This document shows positions 21,354 through 31,922 of a DNA stretch of 64,000 bases, in pieces. The stretch comes from a virus (lineage: Duplodnaviria; Caudoviricetes), in IMG/VR virus record IMGVR_UViG_3300012979_001162, positions 1 through 64,000 of that record. One strand, 5' to 3'. Position 1 is the stretch's first letter. The number at the start of each line of letters is the position of its first letter. Both the position numbers and the translations under genes were made by a program. The notes beneath the pieces are model-generated. The model was not told where the DNA came from, ran no database searches, and saw nothing but the letters and a program-made list of their open reading frames with translations.

Positions 21354-22784
21354 TTATACGAATTTAGAAAAGATACCGAGAAACAGAGCAAAAATATTCA
21401 AGACTTGGAAAGAAGAATTGCGGCGCTAAGTGGGTCATCCGCTGCGAGTGACGTTGCAGAACGCAGAAAATTGGAAGAGCAGCTTGCAAGTGCCAAGAGT
21501 GATCTCAATGATACGTATTATTCTCATTCTCGTGATGCACAATCTGCGGCGCTTGACGAAGAGGCTGAAGCATATACTCTTTCCAAAGAGCGTTATATCG
21601 AGCGCCTAGAAGAGCAACTAAAAGACCAAGAAACACTCATTCAAAACAGCATTATGGATGTTATGCTCAATGCCGATACTGTCTACAATGAGCTCATTAC
21701 TTTGTCTGATACATACGGTGGTATTCTATCCGATGAGTTAACTCAACCATGGGAGGATGCTTCTGCACAGGCAATCGCATGGAAGGAAGAACTTGGTAGA
21801 CAGTTGACCGCAAGCGAGCTCGCATTAATTACACACGAAAATGGTGTAGTCACTGCGTTCTCTAATGGGGTTGCAACAAAATTAGAGGGAACGTGGTCTA
21901 GGGTTGAAACTGCCGCTAAGAACTATGCTGGTTACTTAACTGGAACAGAGCTAAAGAATAGATTCAGCAATACATTAACGGGTTTTGGCAATCAAATTCA
22001 AGGTATTATCGACAAGTGGAATGGTGTTAAATCTGCCGCCGATGCTGCTTATACTGCCCAGACACGCACAGCGTCTGTTGGCGGAACTGGTGGTGCTTCG
22101 GGCGGCAGTGTAGGTTCAGGTTCTAGTTATGGCACCGCAGTAAGTTCACAGCCTGCACCGGCTCCTGTAGCACAAGTTGATAATAGAATACTAAGCAAAT
22201 ATAAACTTACTGCGGCACAGGTATTAGCTCTTGGGTATGGCCCAATTAGCTTAGAGAAATTTGAACAACTTCTTAGAGATTATCAGATTAAATATTCTGC
22301 AATTTATAAGCAAGTAGCAAATACACGCGATATTGAACGCCTTTCAAAAAAAGTGATGTATGGCGAGTATGTTTCTGGTTCGTGGGCTATTAGACAGTAT
22401 GCCAAAGGTACCGCCGGCACAGCCCGTGACGAATGGGCAATTACGGATGAGCCACAGTTTGGAGACGAGCTCGTTCTCGTTCCCGGCAAAGACGGTAACC
22501 TCTCTTTTATGCGTAAAGGCACAGGCGTAGTTCCTGCCGACATGACTCAGAAACTCTTCGAGCTCGCTCAAATTCCAACAAGTGACTTGATGAACAAGAA
22601 CCTGACGGCAATTGTACCCAACATCACGAAGAACGACTGCAAGAACGAGTTCAACTTCGAAAGCCTCGTTCACGTCGATACCGTTGATTCCGATACGCTA
22701 CCGAAACTTGAAAAGATGGTTGATAAGAAGATTGATGACTTTAGCAGAGCATTGAACTACTCTCTAAAGAAATTTAGCAGATAA
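21354..22784 (+). CDS. Tape measure protein, exon 4 (476 codons plus stop)
   Basis: In frame with ORF 21405; C-terminal YAKGT...AITDE...GDELV typical of TMP C-termini; followed by Dit. Confidence 0.88.
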   Translation, partial: LYEFRKDTEKQSKNIQDLERRIAALSGSSAASDVAERRKLEEQLASAKSDLNDTYYSHSRDAQSAALDEEAEAYTLSKERYIERLEEQLKDQETLIQNSIMDVMLNADTVYNELITLSDTYGGILSDELTQPWEDASAQAIAWKEELGRQLTASELALITHENGVVTAFSNGVATKLEGTWSRVETAAKNYAGYLTGTELKNRFSNTLTGFGNQIQGIIDKWNGVKSAADAAYTAQTRTASVGGTGGASGGSVGSGSSYGTAVSSQPAPAPVAQVDNRILSKYKLTAAQVLALGYGPISLEKFEQLLRDYQIKYSAIYKQVANTRDIERLSKKVMYGEYVSGSWAIRQYAKGTAGTARDEWAITDEPQFGDELVLVPGKDGNLSFMRKGTGVVPADMTQKLFELAQIPTSDLMNKNLTAIVPNITKNDCKNEFNFESLVHVDTVDSDTLPKLEKMVDKKIDDFSRALNYSLKKFSR

Positions 22785-22795
22785 AAACATACAAC

Positions 22796-22839
22796 TACTT
22801 AGCATTTGGTGGGGAGCTATCCCCACCTTTGACTAAGTA
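22796..22839 (+). terminator. Hairpin after tape measure gene
   Basis: GGTGGGGA-GCTA-TCCCCACC perfect stem, short T run, outer TACTTAG/CTAAGTA pairing. Confidence 0.55.
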
Positions 22840-22893
22840 TAAGGAGAAAAATTAAATGAATAAAAATATTGAAGTAGTTAAGGAGATGAAACA

Positions 22894-24009
22894 ATGTTAG
22901 CTCCAAATAGAATAAAATTTGCAGGCGTGTTTAGTAATGAACTAAATATGCCTGATTTAATTATGGACTGTGCTTTTGACTCAGACAATTCTGAAGTCAG
23001 CACGTTTTTAACAAGAGAGGCCGTCGCTTCCGAGTCTTATGACGGCAGAAACAGAAGGATAAGCTCCTTCAAGTACACAGAAAATTTCGCCCCAAAGTTT
23101 ACATTCCTTAAGAAAGGATTCGGAGATTTCACACAAGATGAGGTTCGCGCCTTGCTTAAATATTTAACCTCAAGGGATACGACCGGACTTTTAGAGGTGT
23201 ACGACGATGATTCCAATGTAATATCGTGGGTTTCTATCGGAAATTTTTCTGAGATTCAACTTTATAAAATTGCAAATAAAAGGACGGTCGGAGTGACCGC
23301 AGTTTGGGATAGTATTTCTCCTTTCTGTTTATCCGACCTTTACACAGTCACCAAGGTCATATCCTCGCCAGCGGACAACAAAATAACAATCAATATAGAT
23401 ACAGATGATAATAAGCCCGTATATCCTCGTGTCACAATTAAGCATCGTGGTTCGGTGGTGCGTATTCCAGATGGAACAGTATTAACAACCGACTCTGATA
23501 TGGTCGAAAATACCGTGTATTACAATGGGACAAAATACTTTTGGAAGTCTGCCGGCAAAGTGAGTGGAATCACAAAGCCTAATTATGATTGGGATGTAAT
23601 AACGGTGAACACAGACTATTCTACGACGGATGTAATAGAAAAGAATAAGATTTATTATTATACAAAGTCAAAGACATATTACTGGATTGAGCCATATTAT
23701 TTTAAGGATTCAACAACAAATCCTAATTTGGCAACTACAAGCGTAAAATTTACTAACAGACATACGGATTTTCTCAACCAATCCAAAGTACTTACCTCAA
23801 CAATAGTCAAAAACAATAATAACACAGAAATAATTGTGCTTGACGGAGCAAATCAAATCATTTCTAGTTCTAGCGTCAATCGTGTGTTTGACACAGATTT
23901 TAACTTAAATTGGCTTCCATTACTTGATGGTAAAAATGAAATTACTATTGAGGGCAACTGTACGGTTGAAATATCCTATCGTGAAGTACGCAAGATAGGC
24001 GAGTATTGA
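22894..24009 (+). CDS. Distal tail protein (Dit-like, with insertion)
   Basis: Directly after TMP; SPF motif, VYPRVTI, C-terminal WLPLLDGKNEITIEGNC. Confidence 0.75.
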   Translation: MLAPNRIKFAGVFSNELNMPDLIMDCAFDSDNSEVSTFLTREAVASESYDGRNRRISSFKYTENFAPKFTFLKKGFGDFTQDEVRALLKYLTSRDTTGLLEVYDDDSNVISWVSIGNFSEIQLYKIANKRTVGVTAVWDSISPFCLSDLYTVTKVISSPADNKITINIDTDDNKPVYPRVTIKHRGSVVRIPDGTVLTTDSDMVENTVYYNGTKYFWKSAGKVSGITKPNYDWDVITVNTDYSTTDVIEKNKIYYYTKSKTYYWIEPYYFKDSTTNPNLATTSVKFTNRHTDFLNQSKVLTSTIVKNNNNTEIIVLDGANQIISSSSVNRVFDTDFNLNWLPLLDGKNEITIEGNCTVEISYREVRKIGEY

Positions 24010-24024
24010 TAGGGTGGTGAGAAT

Positions 24025-27000
24025 ATGAAACTATCAATACCAAAAGATTATTTCGACGGTTCTCCAACACCCCCTCGTCTGTTTTTATGCACTCCAAGTG
24101 GGAAAATTATAAATGAACTAATTGCTACGGGTATCAATCTTCACGCAAAATGGAATTCTTATAGCGAGTTGTCTTTTGAAACACCAATGCGTTATGTAGA
24201 TATCTTTACAGGTGAAACTAAGATTCACCCTATGTACTCCAAAGTAGAATCGCCTCGTCAGATATATGCCGAAAATATCGGATTTTTCATTTTGCAAGAT
24301 ATAGACGATACTAGCGGAGATAATGATATAAAAAGTGTAACTGCCTTTAGTTCTGAGTACGCTGTTGCGAACAAATATCTTACTTCATTTTACATTAACA
24401 CAGGAGAAGTTGGTTCTCGCGAAGTTACTTACAATGAAAACAATTATGGTATAGATTACAGTAATGACAAAGACTCGTTTTATAAACTTGCGTCTGGGGC
24501 GTATGACCCATACGAAAGCTACTATATAAAAAAGTTTGCCAACGTGCAATTTTATAATCCCAACAAGACCGGGCTTAGTCTTTTACACTTAATACTTGAA
24601 ATTGTTCCAGATTGGAAAATCGGTCATGTAGACGCATCTCTTTGGCATAAAGAAAGGACTTTTAGTCAAGACCGAATTAGTGTATATGACTTTTTAATGA
24701 ACGATGTGGCTGAAACTTTTGGATGTGTATTTGAATGGGATACTCTCACACGAACGCTTAATGTGTACGAAGAGGCAGAGGATGGCGTAGAAGAAGATAA
24801 TACAATACAAACAAGATGGGCTACTGATTGCTTCATATCCAAGGATAATCTTGCATCGCAGGTGTCTGTGAAATATTCTGCTGACAATATAAAAACCAAA
24901 CTTACCGTTATTGGCGGTGAAGACCTCAATATTAGAGAAGTCAATCTTGACCGCAATGAAATCATGAACCTTAGTTTCTACCACAATCTCGATTGGATGG
25001 AGCAAGATTTATTTGATGCCTACAACAAATATCTCGACGCAATCAAAGAAGCCGAAACAGGGCTTGATTTTTACGGTCTACCGAGCAGAAAGTTTCCGAT
25101 GTCACACTCCGACGCGGTAAAGAAATGGGTTGCGGCACAAAACAAATATAACGACCTAATGCACACGGTTCCGGTAGAAAATGACACCGTGCTTGTTGGT
25201 GATGAATTTAAAAAACTGTATTGCACATATACGCCTATTGATACGGCGTTTTCGGATAAAACAATTTCACCAACGAACCAAGAGGTTGAAGAGTTGGACG
25301 AGTTATGGCATGATTCTGCGCGTACTATTCTAATCGATAAATCTACATTATCAGACGGTACAATGTTTATTGTCCAAGGATATGTGTACACATACAACTC
25401 TGCAGATGATACTTTTGAATATAATAGTGATGCAGCAACGACGACCTCGCTTAAGGCCTTGATTAAAAAACTTAACCAATATCATGTTGATGATGACACC
25501 AATGGTAATAAGACCGATAACGTGTTACTGAAACTCAAAAACGCCAATGGAGATGTTGCTACCATTCGTATCTACGATCCAAAGATAAAATATTCGGGTG
25601 ATTATGACCCAGATAAAACATATTATCAACAGAAGGTAAGTGCATCTGGTATTACAACATACGCCAAGTTAACTATAACAAACGCTACTGAATTTACAAC
25701 ATACGCTAAGAACTCGCTATATACAAATAATTATACTATACAATGCGTAGTTGTTATGGCAGATAGTGGCTTGTCTAGTAACCCATCTTATTGGAGTATG
25801 GAAGATTGGGATGGTACCGACACGATTACTCCAAAATCCTTTTCCGATTGGATTAGAGGAAATCTTACTGCTCAGGAAATGGGTCTTGTAGACGACAAAG
25901 GAAATTCCAATTTTACTGTCTCCTACATCGGCACTATGGGTGCTTATCTTGTGTTGGCAAAAAATGAATTTGAGGTTAAACATGTTGGGAATTACGAGTT
26001 AATTCCGTCCAAGAATTATTTAAGACAATATGGCGTTAATCTGTTAAAAGAAAAACACGATATTTACACCACTATATTCCAAACCCAAACCGAAGCAATG
26101 TTCTCTCAGGAGGGATATCAATGTACGGTTGGAGATAATGCTCCAACTGGAACAATTGCGGACGGTACAAGATGGCTTGATACCAATAGTGTACCAGTTG
26201 AATTGAAATCATACGACTTGGCGACAAATAGTTGGAAAACAATTTCCGCATCTTTGCCTACAAGCGAACAGGCAAAGTATGAAGATTATCAAAGATATAT
26301 AGACAACTATCAAAAGCTTCAAGCAGTCCAAGAAGTACTTACCGAGAAAGAACGCGAGGCAGGGTACTGTCTTAACGGACACGCCGTGCCAGGTAGAACA
26401 ATTAATTTTGGTTTGTATACAAGAGATGTGGACGACAATGAAGATGGAAAAATTGATGATAGAGACTTCTTAAGGTATAATGGACAGCTTTTGGAAGGAG
26501 ATTTGCATAGGGCGGCAGAGACCCATTTTGCAGAATTGAATTCATACTATGTTCCAAATATAATGGCATTTAATTCTAACACTCAATACTATATTAGAAA
26601 AAATGCGTATACCTATACTGCAGTTGCCATTCCAAATGAAGCGGAATTTAAGAAATACGATGGTAGTACAGAAGATAAGATATTATATGTTATCAAGTCC
26701 ACAGGTAAGAAATATACAATTACTCGCACTGGTATAAATGAAAACCTACCACTTTACACATTTATAACCTCATACGACCCAATTAAGTATGGACCGAATA
26801 CAAAACCCTTTAATCCAAATACTCAATATTATACCAAGCTGAACGCTTTTGCTTATGCTCCTCAGGTCATTGCAAACGAGGATGACTTTAAAACATATGA
26901 CGGTAGCTCGGAAGATAAAATATTATATGTTGTTACAAGCGGACATATATACGCTGTTTATCTTCAGGGCACAACTCCATATGTTGCATACGCAGATTCT

Positions 27001-28272
27001 ATGGGTGTCTATCAGATGATTAGAGACTATATTCGTGATGAAACGGAGATGAATAAGTTCTTTAATGAAGATCAGTGGATTAGACTGTCTCCGTTTATTC
27101 GAGAAGATGAATTTTCTGATTCTAATTTCTTTTGGACGGATTATGATTTTGAGGAACAAAAAATTCAAGTTATGGAAGAACTAATAAAGGCTGCTAACAA
27201 AGAGTTAAATACTTTATGTCAGCCGAGCCTTGAGTTCTCTATGACAATGGCAAACATTTTAGCACTGCCAGAGTTTGCTCCTCTGATTAACCAATTCCAG
27301 CTTGGCAATTTTATAAGAGTGCAGATTAGAGATGGATATATTAAGAGAGCGAGATTACTTGAGGTTGATTTGAATTTTGATGACTTAAGTGATTTTTCTT
27401 GTACTTTTGGCAACCTAGTGACAACAAAGAGCGAAATTGATAAGCACGCAGAACTCTTGGCTCAAGCAGTTTCGGCGGGAAAGCAAGTGGCAGTAGCTGC
27501 TGGAACTTGGCAAAGATCTGCAGATAAGGTTAATAAATTAGAAGAAGCGATTGAAGATGGTTTGCAAGACGCAGCACTTCAAGTTGGTCGTGCTAGTGGT
27601 CAAGCAATAACTTGGGACGCGAACGGATTTTATTGCAGAAAATTCGTAGAAGGTACAACAGACCAGTATGAAGATGAACAAATGGCAATCATCAACAATA
27701 AGATTGTATTTACCAATGATGGATGGCAAACAAGCGAAGCAGCACTGGGCGAATTTCAAGTTGACACCAATGGTGACGGCGTTGCAGAAACTCTTTATGG
27801 TTTGATTGCGAAAGCCGTAGTATCAGGATATATTAAGGGTTCGATAATTGAAGGTGGTTCACTTAAAATTGGTGGTACCGGAGGCACTTTTATAGTAAAC
27901 GAAGATGGCTCTGTTCAAATTCTTGGACCAGACGCGTCAACCCCAGTTTACGCAACAAAAGATGAAGTTGATTCAATAAGCCAAGTCGGTCGATACTCTG
28001 TTGAACTTGAATATACTGGATCTACAATTTTTACAGAACCCGGTCAGTCTTGTGTAATAAAATGCAAAGTGTTCGATGCGGGTGAGGAAATAATAAACCT
28101 ACCTTCTGGTACGGTATTTAAGTGGATGCGTAATTCCAATGGGGATGATACATCGTGGAATAACTCTCACACTTATACGGATATAAATACAATTACGATT
28201 ACTAATGCGGATATTGAAAAGAACGCACAATTTTATTGCCAGTGCACTATAGATGAAACAAAATTATTATAA
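24025..28272 (+). CDS. Tal/baseplate hub-like large tail protein
   Basis: Follows Dit; SELSFE...GFFIL N-terminus, LGNFIRV...RARLLEV...SCTFGN, IVFTNDGWQTSEAALG. Confidence 0.75.
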   Translation: MKLSIPKDYFDGSPTPPRLFLCTPSGKIINELIATGINLHAKWNSYSELSFETPMRYVDIFTGETKIHPMYSKVESPRQIYAENIGFFILQDIDDTSGDNDIKSVTAFSSEYAVANKYLTSFYINTGEVGSREVTYNENNYGIDYSNDKDSFYKLASGAYDPYESYYIKKFANVQFYNPNKTGLSLLHLILEIVPDWKIGHVDASLWHKERTFSQDRISVYDFLMNDVAETFGCVFEWDTLTRTLNVYEEAEDGVEEDNTIQTRWATDCFISKDNLASQVSVKYSADNIKTKLTVIGGEDLNIREVNLDRNEIMNLSFYHNLDWMEQDLFDAYNKYLDAIKEAETGLDFYGLPSRKFPMSHSDAVKKWVAAQNKYNDLMHTVPVENDTVLVGDEFKKLYCTYTPIDTAFSDKTISPTNQEVEELDELWHDSARTILIDKSTLSDGTMFIVQGYVYTYNSADDTFEYNSDAATTTSLKALIKKLNQYHVDDDTNGNKTDNVLLKLKNANGDVATIRIYDPKIKYSGDYDPDKTYYQQKVSASGITTYAKLTITNATEFTTYAKNSLYTNNYTIQCVVVMADSGLSSNPSYWSMEDWDGTDTITPKSFSDWIRGNLTAQEMGLVDDKGNSNFTVSYIGTMGAYLVLAKNEFEVKHVGNYELIPSKNYLRQYGVNLLKEKHDIYTTIFQTQTEAMFSQEGYQCTVGDNAPTGTIADGTRWLDTNSVPVELKSYDLATNSWKTISASLPTSEQAKYEDYQRYIDNYQKLQAVQEVLTEKEREAGYCLNGHAVPGRTINFGLYTRDVDDNEDGKIDDRDFLRYNGQLLEGDLHRAAETHFAELNSYYVPNIMAFNSNTQYYIRKNAYTYTAVAIPNEAEFKKYDGSTEDKILYVIKSTGKKYTITRTGINENLPLYTFITSYDPIKYGPNTKPFNPNTQYYTKLNAFAYAPQVIANEDDFKTYDGSSEDKILYVVTSGHIYAVYLQGTTPYVAYADSMGVYQMIRDYIRDETEMNKFFNEDQWIRLSPFIREDEFSDSNFFWTDYDFEEQKIQVMEELIKAANKELNTLCQPSLEFSMTMANILALPEFAPLINQFQLGNFIRVQIRDGYIKRARLLEVDLNFDDLSDFSCTFGNLVTTKSEIDKHAELLAQAVSAGKQVAVAAGTWQRSADKVNKLEEAIEDGLQDAALQVGRASGQAITWDANGFYCRKFVEGTTDQYEDEQMAIINNKIVFTNDGWQTSEAALGEFQVDTNGDGVAETLYGLIAKAVVSGYIKGSIIEGGSLKIGGTGGTFIVNEDGSVQILGPDASTPVYATKDEVDSISQVGRYSVELEYTGSTIFTEPGQSCVIKCKVFDAGEEIINLPSGTVFKWMRNSNGDDTSWNNSHTYTDINTITITNADIEKNAQFYCQCTIDETKLL

Positions 28273-28285
28273 AGGAGGTAGAAGC

Positions 28286-31200
28286 ATGGCAAAAATTATT
28301 ACAAGTCCTAATGTAACATTTATGGACACAACCGACAATAGAAAACTAGATGTTTACATAACATCAAATTTACCTACGGTACAAATTAAGAATTCGAACA
28401 TGAATCCTGTCGCATATACACCAAACTGGGCTTCTACCCCTTTGGTTTTAGAGGCGGATGCGTATTTAGACTCACAAGATGTAAATAATAAAACCACATT
28501 TTCGTGGTATAAAAAGAATGCGCTCGGCGTAGAAACGCTGATTAACGCAAATGCTCAAACTATAACCATTAATAGCAATGTTCTAGACGATGGGCAACTG
28601 GTCGTATATGTTTGTAAGGCATTATATAGAGCATCAGATGCTGACAATGGCGTAGAAGATTTTGAACAAATTACATTCACACAAGTGACCGCAGGTGTCA
28701 ATGGTCAGGATGGTACTTCAGTTACTATTCTTGGTAGCTACGATACTCTATCAGCCCTGCAGTCGGCACATCCAACCGGAAATGCCGGAGATGCATATCT
28801 TGTTGGTGGACGCTTATACGTATGGGCAGTAGACAATAGAGAATGGGAAGATGTTGGTAATATCCAAGGACCAAAAGGAGACACTGGTGTTGGTATAAGG
28901 TCTGTTACCATCACATACGGGGTATCTGATACGTCTTCTACACAGCCAACTTCTTGGCAAACCAGCGTTCCTGCGACAGCGGAGGGTAAGTATCTTTGGA
29001 CTCGTACCGTTATAGATTATACAGATGATAGTATTCCCGATACTGTTACATATATTTACGCAAAACAGGGTTCCAAGGGAGACACTGGTACTGCTGGTTC
29101 GTCTGTGACTGTATCTTCTGTGCAGTATCAAGAAGGAACATCTGCAACAGTTGCACCCACAGGTACTTGGTCGAATACCGTTGTGACGGCTGCGGAAGGT
29201 AAATATCTGTGGACTAAAACCACTTTTTCAGATGGTAAAACTGCCTATGGTGTTGCAAAACAAGGTGTCAGTGGCAAAGATGGAGTAGGTATTAATTCAA
29301 CAACAGTGGATTATGGTGTGTCTGATTCTGCAACTGCGCGACCTACTTCGTGGCAACAAGACATTCCTGTGGTTGCGGAAGGTCAATACCTTTGGACCCG
29401 TACTGTTATTGATTATACGGACGCATCTAAAGCTGACACCGTAACCTATACTTATGCAAAACAGGGCGCAAAAGGCGATACTGGCGTTGCGGGCTCATCC
29501 GTAACGGTTTCCTCCATTCAATACCAAGAAGGTGCTTCGGCTACGACCGCACCAACTGGAACTTGGTCTCCCGTGGTAGTTGCGGTTGCTGAGGGAAAAT
29601 ATCTATGGACAAAGACAGTATTTTCCGATGGTAAGATCGCATATGGTGTTGCCAAACAAGGCGCGAAAGGTAAGGATGGTGTTGGAATTAGTTCGATAAC
29701 CGTCGATTATGGTGTATCAGATAATGCATCAACTAAGCCTACAACTTGGCAACAATCTATACCGGTAGTTGCAGAGGGAAAGTATCTATGGACTCGTACT
29801 ATCACAGACTACACAGATACATCCGTGCCTGATACTGTGGCCTATGTGTATGCTAAACAGGGAATAAAGGGTGAAACTGGTGTAGCAGGATCTTCTGTGA
29901 CAGTATCTTCTATTCAATATCAGGCGGGTACCTCCGCCACTACTGCGCCCACTGGTACATGGGCAGATTCTGTTGTTGCGGTCTCAGAGGGTAATTACCT
30001 TTGGACAAAAACAACATTCTCGGATGGTAAGATTGCTTACGGTGTTGCCAAGCAAGGTCGAAAGGGTGACAAGGGCGCAGATGCCTATACGGTTCTTCTT
30101 ACAAATGAATCTCATGTGTTCGCAGGTAGTGTATCAGCGGCGATTGCCTCTAGTGCAACAACGCAAGTTTTAGCATACAATGCCGCAACTTCTCAGTCTG
30201 TAACTATTGTTTCAGTAAACGGTGTTGCGGCATCGACAGCCTCAACTGCTACAGGTATTGCTGGACTGTCGTTCCAATGTAGTGCGCTAAGTGGAACATC
30301 ACCAACAATTACATTTACTTGCACGACATCTTTTGTAAGCGCAAATGGAACTATTCCTATTGTCATTAAGGTTGGTAGTATATCCGTTACTAAGATGTTT
30401 ACTTACTCTATTGCTTTCAAGGGAGCAACTGGTGGACAAGGAAATCAAGGAAATCCGGGTTCTCCTGCCACGTCATATTGGCTTATGTCTAGTGCGAGTG
30501 TTGTGCAAAAAAGTGCATCTGGTACGGTTGTTTTGACACCTTCCACGCTTACATTTACTGGCAAGAGTCAAACAGGCACGAGCACTCCTATTGATTATGG
30601 GTGCAGATGGATCATTGCGTATTCCACTGATGGTTCTACTTATACTAATGCATACACTTCGACTGCGAATGAAACAACGAAAACATTCACGGTAGATTCC
30701 ACCTACAAAGCCATTCGAGTTAGAATGTATTTGGCTGGAGGTACTACAACCTTATTAGACGAACAAATTATCCCTGTTGTTGCAGATGGTGCTATCGGAA
30801 CTCCTGGCACAGACGCAGTGACATTCCAAGTTTATTCAAGTAATGGTTATGCTTTATCTATAAATACACCAACGGTAACGCTTCAAACTTTTGCATATAT
30901 TGGCGACATTGCTATTACTGCAGGTGCTACATATCAGTGGTATATATATAATGATACTGGATGGTCTGCAATATCTGGCGGTACCAATGCCTATTTAACA
31001 ATAACGCGTGAAGATGTTGCTTTCAGTAAGAGTTATATGTGCAAGATGACATTTGGTGGCGTGGAATATACTAGTGTTGCGACCATAGATGACAAAAACG
31101 ATGAAAATAAAGTGTTCACTACCAAACCGTCTAATTATGCCGCTGGGGATCTTTGGGTTGTTGGTGTGGACTATGCACCCGCAGGCGTAGCAGTAGGTAC

Positions 31201-31615
31201 GCTTCTGAGGGCAGAACATACAAATGTCACATATGGAGATGTGGACTGGGTTACTGCTACGAAGTACGACAAAGAACTCAATGATTTGAAGGACAACATT
31301 GAAACATACAATCAATATTTTTCCTTTGATTCTACCGAAGGATTAAAGATTAGTGCCAAAGACAATAATGGCACGCCGTCACAATTCTCTACATCACTAA
31401 CAAATGAAAGATTGTCGTTTAATTATGGTAACGAGGCTATTGCATATATCAATGGAACCAAAATGAATATCAAAGAGGCAGAAATCGAGTCGCCTCTAAC
31501 TGTAACTGGTAAATATTCAGGAAGCACTATGCTTCAGGCACCAGTTATAAACATTGGTAACTTTAGCATTATAGTTGAAAGTAATGGAAGTCTTTCAATT
31601 GTGGCTAATACTTAA
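28286..31615 (+). CDS. Tail fibre/host-specificity protein with collagen-like linkers
   Basis: GGAGG then ATG 28286; GxxG(D/E)TG linkers and YLWT(R/K)T repeats. Confidence 0.8.
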   Translation: MAKIITSPNVTFMDTTDNRKLDVYITSNLPTVQIKNSNMNPVAYTPNWASTPLVLEADAYLDSQDVNNKTTFSWYKKNALGVETLINANAQTITINSNVLDDGQLVVYVCKALYRASDADNGVEDFEQITFTQVTAGVNGQDGTSVTILGSYDTLSALQSAHPTGNAGDAYLVGGRLYVWAVDNREWEDVGNIQGPKGDTGVGIRSVTITYGVSDTSSTQPTSWQTSVPATAEGKYLWTRTVIDYTDDSIPDTVTYIYAKQGSKGDTGTAGSSVTVSSVQYQEGTSATVAPTGTWSNTVVTAAEGKYLWTKTTFSDGKTAYGVAKQGVSGKDGVGINSTTVDYGVSDSATARPTSWQQDIPVVAEGQYLWTRTVIDYTDASKADTVTYTYAKQGAKGDTGVAGSSVTVSSIQYQEGASATTAPTGTWSPVVVAVAEGKYLWTKTVFSDGKIAYGVAKQGAKGKDGVGISSITVDYGVSDNASTKPTTWQQSIPVVAEGKYLWTRTITDYTDTSVPDTVAYVYAKQGIKGETGVAGSSVTVSSIQYQAGTSATTAPTGTWADSVVAVSEGNYLWTKTTFSDGKIAYGVAKQGRKGDKGADAYTVLLTNESHVFAGSVSAAIASSATTQVLAYNAATSQSVTIVSVNGVAASTASTATGIAGLSFQCSALSGTSPTITFTCTTSFVSANGTIPIVIKVGSISVTKMFTYSIAFKGATGGQGNQGNPGSPATSYWLMSSASVVQKSASGTVVLTPSTLTFTGKSQTGTSTPIDYGCRWIIAYSTDGSTYTNAYTSTANETTKTFTVDSTYKAIRVRMYLAGGTTTLLDEQIIPVVADGAIGTPGTDAVTFQVYSSNGYALSINTPTVTLQTFAYIGDIAITAGATYQWYIYNDTGWSAISGGTNAYLTITREDVAFSKSYMCKMTFGGVEYTSVATIDDKNDENKVFTTKPSNYAAGDLWVVGVDYAPAGVAVGTLLRAEHTNVTYGDVDWVTATKYDKELNDLKDNIETYNQYFSFDSTEGLKISAKDNNGTPSQFSTSLTNERLSFNYGNEAIAYINGTKMNIKEAEIESPLTVTGKYSGSTMLQAPVINIGNFSIIVESNGSLSIVANT
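28870..30075 (+). repeat. Three tandem 396-bp (132-aa) two-part coding repeats
   Basis: LWTRT codons recur at ~28994, 29390 and 29786, alternating with YLWTKTxFSDGK units. Confidence 0.85.
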
Positions 31616-31631
31616 GAAAGGAGAATGGATT

Positions 31632-31904
31632 ATGGAACAACTTAGAACGGAAGAGGCAACAATAGAAGTGAAATATCACGACTTTTATTGTGATGAATGT
31701 AATTGCCTTGTTGGGTCGTCAGTCGAACACACTAATGGAGCATATGATCTTCTTGGTATTTATGAGGCGAATGTTCTTACGCCAGACGGAACTTTTAAGT
31801 ATTATAATCAGTGTCTATGTGAGACATGTAAAGAAGGATTTCCCTCGAAAGTTGCCGAAGCGCTTAAGGCTATTGGCTTTACGTGTCCAGACGAAATTGA
31901 ATAA
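31632..31904 (+). CDS. Small Cys-rich protein (two CxxC motifs)
   Basis: AAGGAG RBS; YCDEC and LCETC. Confidence 0.6.
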   Translation: MEQLRTEEATIEVKYHDFYCDECNCLVGSSVEHTNGAYDLLGIYEANVLTPDGTFKYYNQCLCETCKEGFPSKVAEALKAIGFTCPDEIE

Positions 31905-31922
31905 CAAAAGAGGTGAAAAAGA

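Noticed and set aside
7154-22784. Three independent genes (1794, 1284 and 459 aa) as given in the ORF track
   Set aside because: Conserved TMP motifs are cut exactly at group I splice signals; the 15730 and 21405 ORFs lack real starts
28870-30075. CRISPR array or DGR template/variable repeat
   Set aside because: Repeats are in-frame protein repeats with synonymous divergence; no spacers, no adenine-specific differences and no reverse transcriptase in the window
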